Source of the DNA: Eremomyces bilateralis CBS 781.70
Lineage: Eukaryota
DNA: 64,000 nt
Direction: 5' to 3' (one strand)
Assembly: GCA_010015585.1 (NCBI GenBank)
Contig: ML975153.1
Shown: piece after piece, positions 47,717 through 59,777 of the stretch
Position numbering within the stretch: the first letter of the stretch is position 1
How the letters are laid out: every line of letters begins with the position of its first letter
Made by a program: the position numbers and the translations under genes
The notes under the pieces: generated by a model
Told to the model about the DNA's origin: nothing
The model's input: only the letters and a program-made list of their open reading frames with translations
Databases searched by the model: none

Positions 47717-50086
47717 TCAATACCCTGCCCCGCCATATCCTTGGCCGTATCCGCCATGCGGTGGAGGGTTTTGCTGGTACTGACCCGGAGGCCCCTGGCC
47801 AGGATACTGCCCTTCTTGCCCATAAGGTTGGTTCGACTGATATTGCTGCTCATATCCACCTTGATAAGGGGGCTGAGACGCGTACGGGCCAGGCGCCGTA
47901 TTCGACCCGGCCCCAAATGCCTCCGGCTGCTGCCAACTAGTCGAAGACCCCTGGTACCCTGATCCGCTCCCCCCAAGGTCGGCCTCTCGTTTCTTTGTGA
48001 ACAGATCGAAAGGTGAACCGCTGACTTTGCCTTGACTGGCGGATCCGTGACCGTGACCGTGACCATGGCCATCGCCGCCGACATGATTGTGCCCAGCACG
48101 CACGCTTTCGGAGCCGAGAAGCTGGTTCAAGGAGCGGCCGCCATCGGGTCGCGACCGCACCCAGATGTCGACCGCGCTGAACATCTTCTCGTGAATCTCG
48201 CATCCGGGTTGGCGCAGAGCCGGATGATGGAAGACCCGGACCACGTCATTGAGCACTTCTTGAACGGGGACACCGGGATTCTCCCATGAAAAGATAACGC
48301 GTGGCGCAACATATTGGAGGATCGTCGACGCTACCTGGCCCGCTGGTTCGTTCAAGATGTTGGAGAAGTGGTCTTTGGACAGGAATGAATGCGTGGGGTC
48401 GGTGCAGTTCGGATCGGTCCACGGCTCATATTGATGTTTCCCACTGGCGTCGATGACCGACGATGAGCCCTGCTTCAATTGAGCGGAGGCGGCTTTGATG
48501 ATCGGCTGGATGAACGGGGCGAGGAGAGACATGACGAAGATGGTAACTTTTTCCGAAATGGTGTCGATGAGAGACTCGAGTCCCGGGATCTTCGATATGA
48601 TGGCCGATATCGACCGCACGACTGCGATGGTTAGTGTCCGTCCGCAGGTCTCGCTGAGTAATTGCTTACCTTTGTCGCGGAACTGCAGAATTGGATAGAT
48701 CTTGGGGATGATGGTCGTCGGATCGAGGTTAGGATTCATGCCTGGTATGCCTGGGCCTGGCGGTCCTCCCGTAGATCCAGGAGGTCCGGCGAATGAGGTG
48801 GGAGCTCCGCCTGGGGGATGGGAGGCCCGAGAGGTCTCGTAGGGGTCATCAAATCCTCGTTGGCCAGAGTTGGCCGCCGCCTGCGAGTTCGACAGGTCTT
48901 GAAGCTTGTGGGCTTCCTGGATCAGACCCTGAGTCCCCGGCACTTTCCCCAAGAGATCGGCCAATCCACTGGCCCCTCCGGAGCCGCCTTTCTTTCCGTT
49001 GCTCGAGGCATCCCCGAGGGCGACGTTCATCTCATCGATCTCCGATTGAGTGAAGTGGTCGGTGGCCTCCCCAAGAACCGAGTGCAGGAAGTCGACGCCG
49101 CCGAACGTGCCGGTGACCAGGGGGAAGATGTGTTTCCCATGGACGTTCATTTGGGTTGCCGTGCCAGTATGCGGGAAAACGTCGTGGAACCCCAATTCCT
49201 TTAAGACGAGCTCGGTATAGTTCGTGTGCGCACCCCAATCCTCGAGACAATGCAACGCTTGACCGAGACATCGCAAGGCCTCGCAGAGATCCTCTTCCTT
49301 CCCGCTTGTCCCATGAGCACCGCTGGTGTACATCCGGCCGAAGTGTATACTCCTGGCAAGACTGTGTTTGACGTAGCCAGTACTGGTTGCCCAGCCGCCA
49401 CTTTCGTTTGCAATGTAGTTCTTCATACCTGCAATACGTATGAGCAAATGGAGACCGAGAAAGAGCAAACCACTTGCCTGTGTTGGGATCCACAGCAAGT
49501 TCTTGAGGATGTACCGGCCCTCTCAGGCGTTGGTCATACTGGCGAGCATCCTGATTGTCCGCATAATCTAGTTCCCGGCTTTCCGTTAGTATGAAAAAAC
49601 CCGTGTGTTGGACATTCCATACCCCGCGGATTATCTATATGCTCCTGCATGGTTTCAGTCGGAGCTGTCTTTCATACTACACAAGAGAGAACCCACCTCC
49701 GCTCGATAAACGCCCAACCTTTCTGGAGTGACTTCGAACTCCGCAGTGGCATATCCGAAGGACATGAAAGCCAAGATCCAGACGAGGACTCGTATCGTAT
49801 CGGCTTGGACGCCTTTCAATGTACCCACATCCAGCGCTTGAGAGTAGTCGCGAAGCCAGTTGCCAAAGTACACCCGCCTGATCATCAAGCTACTCCATTT
49901 GTGATGGCGGAGGCACGCCACTTTCTTGAGCATGTCTTCAATGTCTCCATGGCGCCAGTTTTTCCCCTCGACTTTCGATATCGAAGCGATGTTTCCGGCG
50001 CCGAACGCACTTACGGGAGTGCATAGGAGAAGGACTCCTAGGAATAGGAGAGCGACCTGGAAGCTAGATAACCCGAAGCGCTTCAT
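47717..50086 (-). CDS. HET-C domain protein with signal peptide and Gly/Gln/Tyr-rich tail
   Basis: AFGAGNIASIS..NWRHGDIED, VYFGNWLRDYSQ, HCLEDWGAHTNY, LVTGTFGGVDFLHS and DPTHSFLSKDHFSN. Confidence 0.92.
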
Positions 50087-52353
50087 TTTTAACAACAACG
50101 AGGAGTGAAGTCAAGGTGAACTGGATGTCAAAACTCAAAACGTCGATGCGGTGGATTTGCGCTAGACAAGTACTACTCCAGTTGTTCCGGTTGTTCCGTC
50201 ACCGCGACCCACGCAACTATTAGCAATTTAGCACCCTCGTAGCGTCAGCCAGGTAAACAATAATGAGCCAACAAAAACGATCGGAAACCGAATGTTCAGC
50301 TCAGTCTGACGGGCGATGGCGACTTTTCGCCTGACGCGTTGCATAGCTGCGTGCGATACGTAAGCCCTAAGGCGCCAACGAGGGGTATGAGGTAGCAAGG
50401 AAACTTAAGCGCCAGGGCGAAAATGTGGCGCAGTCGCGGATAGGCGGTTAACCGCGCTTGCTGGATTTAGCAGCAGAGCGGACTCCGCGCGGTAGCTGGC
50501 GCCTGGCGATTGCGGCAGTTGCGCTTGAGTTGTGCAAACCGCCCTGTGCAAGGCGCTGGATTCCAATGCCCTGTATCAAATCCGTCAATTCCATGCCCAT
50601 GAATTCCAACGACGTTATCTTTCAGCTTTTTGGGTCATTTGTTCAGTTGTAAATTTCAGACCTCCTGGATGGTTGATGTTGTATGAATATCAGAATATCA
50701 CGTATATAGAATTTCAATGTTCCTCTCTACTCCATAGCGCATATTGGCTGGGAGCATGTTGACCAGCACAAGAAGGAGTTTCTACTCTCCCAACTCCCAT
50801 TATCAAAAAACCGTGGCTGAGTGACGTATATTACAACCTTGGGAGCAAAGCACCATTTCAGTTGTTCTAAATACCGGTCACATTCACCCGTTTCATTTCA
50901 TTTCTTACCGCAAACGCACACCCTCCAGAACCCCCCCTCCGCCTTTGCAACCACAACCCGCCGGTGACTCAAGTTCCTGCAGCACCGTCACATTCCCCTC
51001 CATCCGTGCAGTCTCATCTACAGCGCTAAAGGGAGGCTGGAATCCGGTTCGCATGCCCTTTTTCCTGGTTCGAATGCCCCTCGCAGGGATCAAATGAGGG
51101 TGGTTGGGTTCCCAGCCTCCCGAATTATCCAACATCCCCCAGCTCCAAGGGCGGATGCGCGACGGGGCGAGTCAAGGATGGGGGACACGGTAGTGCGTCG
51201 TCCAGTCAGCGTGCGTGGAGCGTATCAAGGGGTTCCGGTGCCTTTTACGCAACAAGCGCCGAGCCATGAGGGGGGGCGGATGGGACCATCGGCTCGACAA
51301 GACTTGCCGTTCGGGAGGTTTGTAGGTGTAGTTCTGAGAACGTCGAGGGATCGCATCGACGTCGCCGGATATGAGCTGTCGGTGTGGAGTGGGTCGTTGC
51401 ATGCCGGGTTGTACTTCTACGCTTCATCGCGGTCTGATATTGGGGGGTTGAATCAGGGGCCGCTGGACGAGCCTGGGGATGGATGCTGCTTTAAGACCAG
51501 AGTGCCTAGGCAACGAGGCCGGTTGCTCAAGCAACTCTCACCTTTCATCTCTTCATCATGTTCGGCGCATATCGGTCCTGGATGAGACCGTTCATTGGCT
51601 CCCGCCCGAGGTCGGTCTGCCCGCGTTCCTTCCAAGGATGTACGGCGCGTCGACACTATCAACAGGGCCGCTCGGATGGGGATCAACAAACAAACGAAGG
51701 AGGATCAAGATGTGTGACGCCCTTGCGAGTGGGGTTAGCGGCCACGGCTGCGGTTGATGGTAAGTCGCTGGGAGTCCCCGAGAACAACCGACAGAGAACG
51801 CTGACTGAGATCTAGTGAAACATAAAATTGTAGTCGAAGAGAACATTGCGAGTGGGGGAGCATCGCTGCTACTCCTTGATCTACGTCCATGCAACTACAG
51901 ACGAAACGTGAGGACCCTTTCCTATATGACATTGACTGGCAGGACTGAACTGACTTACGCCTAGGGGTCCCTAACGGTTCGAAGAGCGCCATCCGCACCT
52001 GGCGATCAACTGGCCATTCTCATCTATTCAATCACACCGGCTACGATGTTGTTGTATTCAAGAAAGTGTTCGTCGACGGGGGTGGCTGGTTGGGGTTCAG
52101 ACATGGCACAAGAGCATAGGCGCAGTGGCGTTAGACGACATTGAAGACTCTGCTCGCGGTATATACCGGGCCTAATCCATTCCTCATTTTCCATGAGATC
52201 ATCTATTCGTACAAGCTGCGTGCCCATCGTGAGTCCGCGTACCATGAAGAAGAATCATCCAGTACCTCGACCCGTGGACCGCCCACCGATCGGCTGTCGG
52301 CGCCGACCTCACGCCTGCGGGAATGTTCCTCGACCGGGTTCCGAACAAGAACC

Positions 52354-54063
52354 TCATGCTTTGGCCGCACCGGCTTTGATGAGCAGGATGTCGCCGTCCT
52401 GGACCACGTAGTCCTTCCCTTTGGTCATGATCTTCCCCTTCGCCCGCACGGTGGCCTCGTCGCCCTCCTCTCGTAACGCGTCGTAGTTGTACGCGATGGC
52501 TTGAATGAACGTCTTCTCGAAGTCTGGTAGGCTGATTAGTAACCGCGCTGATGCAGCAGGTGAGGGGTCCACATACCTCCATGGATGACACCGGCCGCCT
52601 GAGGGGCCTTGGTGCCGTTTCTGATGGTCCATTGTCGCACTTCGTCCGTGCCAGTCGTGAAGAAACTTCCCAAATTCAAGGCTTTCCTCATCGTAATGAT
52701 GACCTTTGGTAGAGCAGACTTGACGTTCAGCTTCTTGCATTCTTCAGCGGCCTCCTCGTCGGAAATTGTCGTGAGGCGATCTTCGAAGCAGACGGAAATT
52801 GGGATGATCGGATCCCCTTCCGCGTGCTCCTTGACCCATTGGGCGATCTTCGGTAGATGCTTGTTCTTCTGCCTTAGATAGTCCTTCTCGCTCAGATTGA
52901 CTAGGTAGACGACAGGCTTGGCCGTGAGAAGGAAAAGCGGGTTGATTGTTTCGACCTGCCGATGTCAGTTCATTGTACATCAATTGTAGAATTACAAATT
53001 GTTGTGTGAGAATGAATCAGAATTAAAACGAATGTCATGAAGCCTAAGATCTTGTCTTGGCATTCAAAGAGCTGGGATTATAGAGCGGAATCGCTCTTGT
53101 CATCACCAAAAGGAGAGGGTGTAGGGTAACGGAGATGCATCTTACCTCCTTGGGAGCCCAGTCTCCGTGGCGAACATTCTTCCCCGCCTTAAGCATCTCG
53201 AGAACCTTCTCCACGGTGGCTTGCTCTTCCTTAAGTTTCCTCATCTCCAAGGACTGTCCGCCGCGGCGGGTCTGCTTGACGAGGTTCTCGTGGGCTTTCT
53301 CCACGAACTCGATGTCTTTGATCCGTAGCTCCTCGGAGACGATCTCCAGATCTCGCACCGGGTCGACGTCACCCTCGACGTGGATGATCTCCGCATCGTC
53401 GAAGCATCGGACCACCTGGAAGATGGCGTCGACGGCGCGGATGTGTGATAAGAACGCATTGCCTAACCCAGCACCGGTGGACGCACCGCGCGTCAAGCCT
53501 GCGATGTCGTAGACAGTGAGGTTGGCGGGTACTCGAGACTTTGGCTTGTAATGTTCACATAGCCAGTCGAATCTCTCGTCGGGGACAATCACCCGCGCCT
53601 CCTCGGGGTCGATGGTGGCATAGGGAAAGTTCTAAGCGTCGTTAGCACGATAATGTACTCGAGGAGTAAGGTGGAACCAACCGCGGGGTTTCCAAGTTTG
53701 CATTTTGTGATGGCTTGGAAGAGTGTGGATTTGCCGACGTTCGCTAAGCCCACCTGGTTGGTCGTCAATTGGCTAACTTGGGTGCGCGTTCAGCTGCAAG
53801 CTTACGATGCCGCTCTTTAGACTGTTGCCCGGCCGTCCGAGCAGAATCTTCTCCTGCTTGACTTCTTTCTTGGGAGGCATCCTGCGTTTCTTCGAATACG
53901 ACCTTGCGAAGATAGAGGAAGGTGATGTGATGCGGTTGTGAAGGGGGAGTTGAGTGACGGTGACAGTACTTGCTGCTCGCCGAGATGGAAAAATTAAGGT
54001 CGAAATGAAAGTGCGAGAAGTGGAGAGAGGTGAAATAGCTAAGCTATGGAGGGTGACGAGCAT
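52354..54063 (-). CDS. OLA1: Obg-like ATPase Ola1/YchF; conserved start at 53880, possible upstream in-frame start at 54063
   Basis: [63 protein letters not shown] and YVVQDGDI. Confidence 0.95.
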
Positions 54064-54686
54064 TCAAGGCGGGGGAGCCTGCTCCTCACAGCACTCAGGA
54101 AATGGGCGACGAAGGGAAGAAATTAAGGTATGAGGGTTCAATTGGGGGAATTGATGAAGTAGCGATTGCTCTTATTGATGTTGAGACGAGAAAGAGATTG
54201 TTACAGCTGCCGAATAGAAAGAATTCTCACCCAAGCGTCTCTTACGGACGACGTATTCTTCCGCTCCGAATCCCCGATACTCCGATGCGAAGCTGCCCCA
54301 CCGCTCCACCCCAGAAGCACCGAACCACATTCTCCGCTGTAGAAGGGCGGAATGCGGCGAGGAGCCTCACCCCAACCGCGGATGGGAACCGTGAAGTGAC
54401 CTATTCCCCGATCAGTTGGTAATTAATATGAGGGGCTCTTTCACGTTAACTTTACGACCTTATACTTGACTCCCTTGACCAGAGAGATTTACTGAGTATG
54501 ATTATTGAATCGGTGCATCCAAACGTCCATGCCATCATTCCCTTCTGACAAGTGACATCGGCTGTGCCGCATCGTCTGTATCACCGACATCACAGGCAGC
54601 AAGCAACGTGACGGTCTGCGATCGCAATTGCCCACCTTCCCCCACCCTGACCCCATCCGCGTCCAGAAGGAGAGAAGACCTCTAGG

Positions 54687-55614
54687 ATGCCATCGTCTAC
54701 CCGTCACGCTCGTTCAAGTTCAAATTCCCATCATGCAACCCCGTCCGCACAGAAAACAGAGGTGCGGATACATGTCTACGACCTGCTACCAGTAAGAAAG
54801 TACCCAACGTGTATCTTTCGCCCTAGCTAACCCTACCGCAGCCAGGCCGGCTTTCTTCGTTCCTCTGGTTTATCGGCGGGCCTCTGCTCCACACGGGCGT
54901 CGTCGTAAGAGACAAGGAGTATGCGTTTGGCGGGCATCAGAGGGAAGGCGCAACCGGCGTATATTGGACACGGTCAGTGGGAACGTGGGATGCGAATAAC
55001 TAAAAAAAATATTGACATTCGGCAGGCCGCGACTAGAACCGCCGGGTGGAACATTTCGGAGCGAGATACTACATGGATTCTGCCTATTGAACGAAGCGGA
55101 GACCGAGGAGGTCATTCGAAAGGTGAGACGCTTGAAGCTTCGTGGAATTTGTATTTCGCGGAACTAACGGCGCTGTCGCATCCAGGCGGCCCACCGATTC
55201 CTCGGCACCTCGTATACCCTACTAACCCAAAACTGCAACCACTTCACCTCGTACCTCTGCGAACGCCTCACCTCCCGCCCGGCCCCACGCTGGATCAACC
55301 GCGCCGCCGCCATCGGTGTCGCGCTGCCGTGCATGGTGCCGCGGGAATGGGTCGCGCCGCCGGACGTGGAGACCGCTGACGGGGAGCTGGTGGACGAGGA
55401 GGACGACGAGCGGGCGGTGATGCTGCGCACGGAATATCAGCGGAAGGTGCGGGCGGTGTCGGATGGGGAGCAGCGGAGTTGGGAGGTGGAGATGGATCGG
55501 ATCTCGCAGGGTGGTCGTACGGACTCGATAGCGTCGCTAGAAGGCCCCGTGAACGATGGCGTCAGGAGATATTTACCAGCCTCGGAGCGAGCGCCGGTTC
55601 CACATCGGAGGTAG
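54687..55614 (+). CDS. PPPDE/DeSI (DUF862) deubiquitinase/desumoylase-like peptidase
   Basis: VRIHVYDLLP, LLHTGVVV..EYAFG and YTLLTQNCNHFT (catalytic His and Cys motifs) across GT-AG introns. Confidence 0.88.
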
Positions 55615-55887
55615 TCGTTGAGTCTTGTAGTTGTTGTTTCCGCTTTAGCAGGCTAGGGATCTTTCGGTTTAGCGAATTGTACATTGTCCCAGATATCAAT
55701 ATAACCCATCTTGCGATCAAATCTCTCAGATAACTCCAATCCGCGCCATGCAATATGCTTCATGCTTCCACCAACCGGAAGAAATGCAGTATACAGTCCG
55801 CCGACTAGACAATGCTCGAAACCATCGCGCCACACTTCCAAGATAATAAAAAACCACAACGTTCCCAGCAGACGAACGTCCAACCGG

Positions 55888-56583
55888 TTACAGTCTCCTT
55901 GGCCTCTTACTTCTCGTCCCTCCGAACTTCAACCGCGTCGCATCCGTCACCCTCGTGATCTTCCCCCTGATATGCCTGCCCTCCTGCCCTAGCAGCGCCT
56001 TCGTGAAAGCCTCTCTCCCCTTCCCCCACCCCCGATACACGAGCTCGAGGTCCTCGATCTTCGGCAGCAACCCCGTCGTGTTGATCTTATTCATCACCCA
56101 CGCGGTGAGCTGATACCCGGCATCGTACGTGCCGCGCCCGGCTTTCCGGAACCCGATGTTCCCGCAGGACACGCTGATCAACGCGTTACGGTCCGGCTTC
56201 GTGAGCGTGATGTGGGTGTTGTGCTTGTGCGTGTAGACGTGCAGGTGGTACGGTTCGGTTTCGGCGGGATCAAAGGATGGGATTGCAGACTGTGGCGAGC
56301 CCCGCATGCCAGGCATGCCCGGCACCGTTGGGGTTCGAGGGGAGTTGAAGAGAGAGGAGTAGGTCTGCTGGGTCGAGGACGGGGTGGACTTGGACTTGTC
56401 TAGGGCGTCGGCGAAGGTTTTCTCCCACCAGCTATCTTGATCTCCTGATGGTTTTTCTGCCTTGAAGGAGGCGATTTGGGAGAATTTCCGGATCTGCTCT
56501 GGAGCGGTTCGTCTTGTGAGGGTGGACCGACATGAGTTGCAGATAGGAAGCCGGAGCCAATTGGACAAGACGTGACGAGACAT
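55888..56583 (-). CDS. Mitochondrial small-subunit ribosomal protein uS11m (yeast Mrps18-like)
   Basis: Arg/Ser-rich presequence; HKHNTHITLT, SCGNIGFRK, RGWGKGR and DATRLKFGGTRSKRPRRL. Confidence 0.9.
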   Translation of the reverse strand: MSRHVLSNWLRLPICNSCRSTLTRRTAPEQIRKFSQIASFKAEKPSGDQDSWWEKTFADALDKSKSTPSSTQQTYSSLFNSPRTPTVPGMPGMRGSPQSAIPSFDPAETEPYHLHVYTHKHNTHITLTKPDRNALISVSCGNIGFRKAGRGTYDAGYQLTAWVMNKINTTGLLPKIEDLELVYRGWGKGREAFTKALLGQEGRHIRGKITRVTDATRLKFGGTRSKRPRRL

Positions 56584-56947
56584 GGTTCAAATTATTATTA
56601 CCGGCACTCCTCCTGCAGACGATAATGGGAGGAGCAACAGGAGGGTGGGAATGTGGATGTGAGAGGATGAATAAATGTTGATATTGATGAGCTCCAAGCA
56701 GTAGGTGCGAGAATTGAGAATTGTCAGTTGTCCCTTCCTTATTTGGTCCCCCCCCTGTCCGCCCGGAAATTGCCGATCCAAAAGATTTCGATTTTCCATT
56801 CGTCGCCATTGGGAAGGAACCATCAATACCCTCATCCATCACCTTCCTCTTCAACCTTTATTCCCTACTCACCCTATCGCCTTTTTCTTCTACTTCTTTC
56901 TTGGGGAGAAGGGGATTTTGCGGGAGGCGGAACCGAAAAAGAAAATC

Positions 56948-58638
56948 ATGAGCGCCCTTGCTCGAGGTGCCGTGGGCACGCGATCGAGGTTGAAAGTGCC
57001 GCAGAGAACGTTCGCCTCCGCTCCGGCGTCCGCGTTCGGTCGAACAGCTGCATATCGAAGGATATCCTCGCAACCGGAATCCTCTCCATCATCGTCATTA
57101 CGGCCTGCGGTGTCTGCCCACTCGGCTTCTTCTCCCACCCGTCTCTATCTCCAACCATCTAGTCTACGTCTTCCCAGGTTCTCGGCGCGGACGTTCCATT
57201 CGCAGGCCAGCGTTTGGCAGCAGGCGAAGCCGAAAGAAGAGGCTACGAGTCGTGAGGAGTCCCGGGCGGCATCTGAGCAATCCGGACAAGAGGACCCGAG
57301 TGCTACTGGCAAGGAGGATGGACGAGTGAACGAAGAGGGAGCCAAGTCAGAAAAGGAGTCCGAGGGAGACAAGGAGGGGGAGAAGGACGGAGAAAAGGAT
57401 GGAGAGAAAAAGGCTCCTCCACCACCGCCACATGGAGATAAGACCCCGTGGCAAGTCTTCACCGAAACCCTGCAGACCGAGTTCAAAGCGTCGAAGGAAT
57501 GGAACGAATCCACCAAGGCCTTGGCGAGCGGCTACACCGAATTCACGCAGAACGAAAAGCTCCAGAAGGCGCGCAGCGTCTACAGCCAAGCGTCCGACGT
57601 CGCCTCGTCGTCCACCGCCACTGCTTTCAAGAAGACCGGCCGCGTGATCGGCTCGTCGTCCGCGTGGGTGTGGAATTTGACGGTCGTTCGATGGGCCCGG
57701 AAAGGGCTTGCCATCCTCGGAATTGGGTTGGAGAGGGTGACGCGGCCTTTGCGGGAGACGCAGGCTTACAAGAGCGTTAAGAACACCATTGACGATGGGA
57801 GCTCGTTTAGGTATGGTGGGTGGGTTGAGAAGGAGGAGCGGCGGCGACTTCGCGAGGAGCGGGAGCAGTTCAAGTCCACGCGGAGGACGGAGGTGCATGA
57901 GGAGGATATCAAGTACGTGTACTCCCAAAGCATGCTCTATGTTCGTAACTAATCTCTGACAGCGCCGGAACCAACGTGACGCTTCACAAGGATGCCAAGT
58001 GGAAAGAGTCGTGGCGCGATTTCCGCGACACCAGCCCCGTGATGCAGTCCATCTTCTCCATCAAATCCACCTACCAAGAATCCGAGAACCCCCTCATCAC
58101 CACGGCGCGCAGCATCTCCGACCGCGTGGCCGGCTTCTTCGCCGAGACCGAGACCGCCACCGTGATCAAGAAGTTCCGCGAGATGGACCCCAACTTCCAG
58201 TCCGAGCCGTTCCTGCAGGAGATGCGCGAGTACATCCTGCCCGAGGTGCTCGACGCCTACGTGAAGGGGGACGTGGAGACGCTGAAGCTGTGGCTGTCGG
58301 CCGCGCAGTTCTCGGTGTATTCCGCCTTAATGCAGCAGTATACCACCGCGGGCCTCAAGTCTGACGGCCGCATCCTCGACATCCGGAACGTGGACATCCT
58401 CTCCGCCCGGCTGCTCGATCCCGGTGAGATTCCGGTGTTCATCATCAGCTGCCGAACGCAGGAGGTCCACGTGTACAAGAACGCCAAGTCCGGGGAACTC
58501 ATGGCCGGCATGGACGACAAAGTGCAGCAGGTCACCTACGCCATCGGCATAACGAGGATCCCCGAAGATGTCAACAATCCCGAGACGAGGGGATGGAGGT
58601 TGATCGAATTGCAGAAGAGTGCGAGGGATTACCTGTGA
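56948..58638 (+). CDS. TIM44: Mitochondrial import motor component Tim44 (intron ~57914-57962)
   Basis: Presequence, TPWQVFTETLQTEF, RYGGWVEKEER, FFAETE, MDPNF..FLQEMREYILPEVLDAY and CRTQEV. Confidence 0.95.
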
Positions 58639-59777
58639 GGTGCGTGCAGGCGAAGACCGCGGCTTTTGCTTCCACTCGAAACTTGCGTGGCTTTTCACGG
58701 CGCCATTTGGCCAAAGCAAGCTTGAGAGACTTCTTTTTAGAACCACCAAGGCGCCCAGTCCACACGCCGGCGGAATTTTGGACACGGGGCGTTTGGATAT
58801 GGAGTCTTATCTTCTCCTCTCCAAAATCCACGGGATTGTAAGATATGTTGAGGGTTGTATGTATGAGTTATTTGACATGGGTGGAATACAGGGCGGCTTG
58901 GGGAGAAAGGAGAAGGGGATGCTCTGCTTCGCTGAGATGTCCGGTGGCTGCACATAACGGCTTCATTGAGTTCGAGCACTGTACGAATATGTGAAGGATA
59001 TTGGCCGCCTTGGTTGCCGGCAGCTCTATCTCTATGGGATGCTGTGTATCCAACTGTAATAAACCACAACTACGACCTCATCCGCTCGCCCAGCGGCGCA
59101 ATTCTCAGGCCAATAATCCCGCAAAGTGACAATCGTTAGAAATCATAACACTCCAGATGTCGGTGATGAATCCGACACCGGAGGCTCAGTAGAGATTTTG
59201 ATGTTTGGACATCCTTTTGATGTGTGCTGGTAGACCCACAATCCCGCCACGCACTAATATAATAGCTCTTCCGACGGAGCGAGTAACTGACCATCTCGTC
59301 GAATATGGCAGCCCGCCGCGTACGACGGTTTCTTTCGCGTACCAGAAAATCTCCCCGCAAGAAACAGGTCGCTCGTAGAAAAGTCGGGATCCGACTCTAC
59401 AGTGGAGCGCACTGTCGATGAGGCGACACGTTGGTTAGCCGCAAACCCTGGACTTCACGTTATTCGCCACTGATGCAGGGCCCACCTCGCCCATCGGTGC
59501 CGCAGAACGTCGAGGGAGCTGGGCGGGTTGCTACCTCGATGCGTCCTCGAGTGGATCGATCCCCGTTGCGGCTCACGGTTGTAGAGAGCTAGCAGAAGAC
59601 TCACCAGCGGGGAAGGCGTTCGATGGGGGTGAGCCACCGTTCGCGAGTTGTAAAGGGTCCCGGCCAGAGTCAATATCTTGCTCCGACGGTGGTATCCGGG
59701 ACTCTCGGGTCTATCCAAACAGGTCAAGTTAGAACGATGCACAAAGGTATTGGCGATGCTAAGTAAGGGCTATGGGG

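Noticed and set aside
50409..50508. Palindrome GCGGTTAACCGC and short inverted repeat GCGCCAGG/CCTGGCG upstream of het-C
   Set aside because: Too short for GC-rich DNA, with no target-site duplication or extended TIR.
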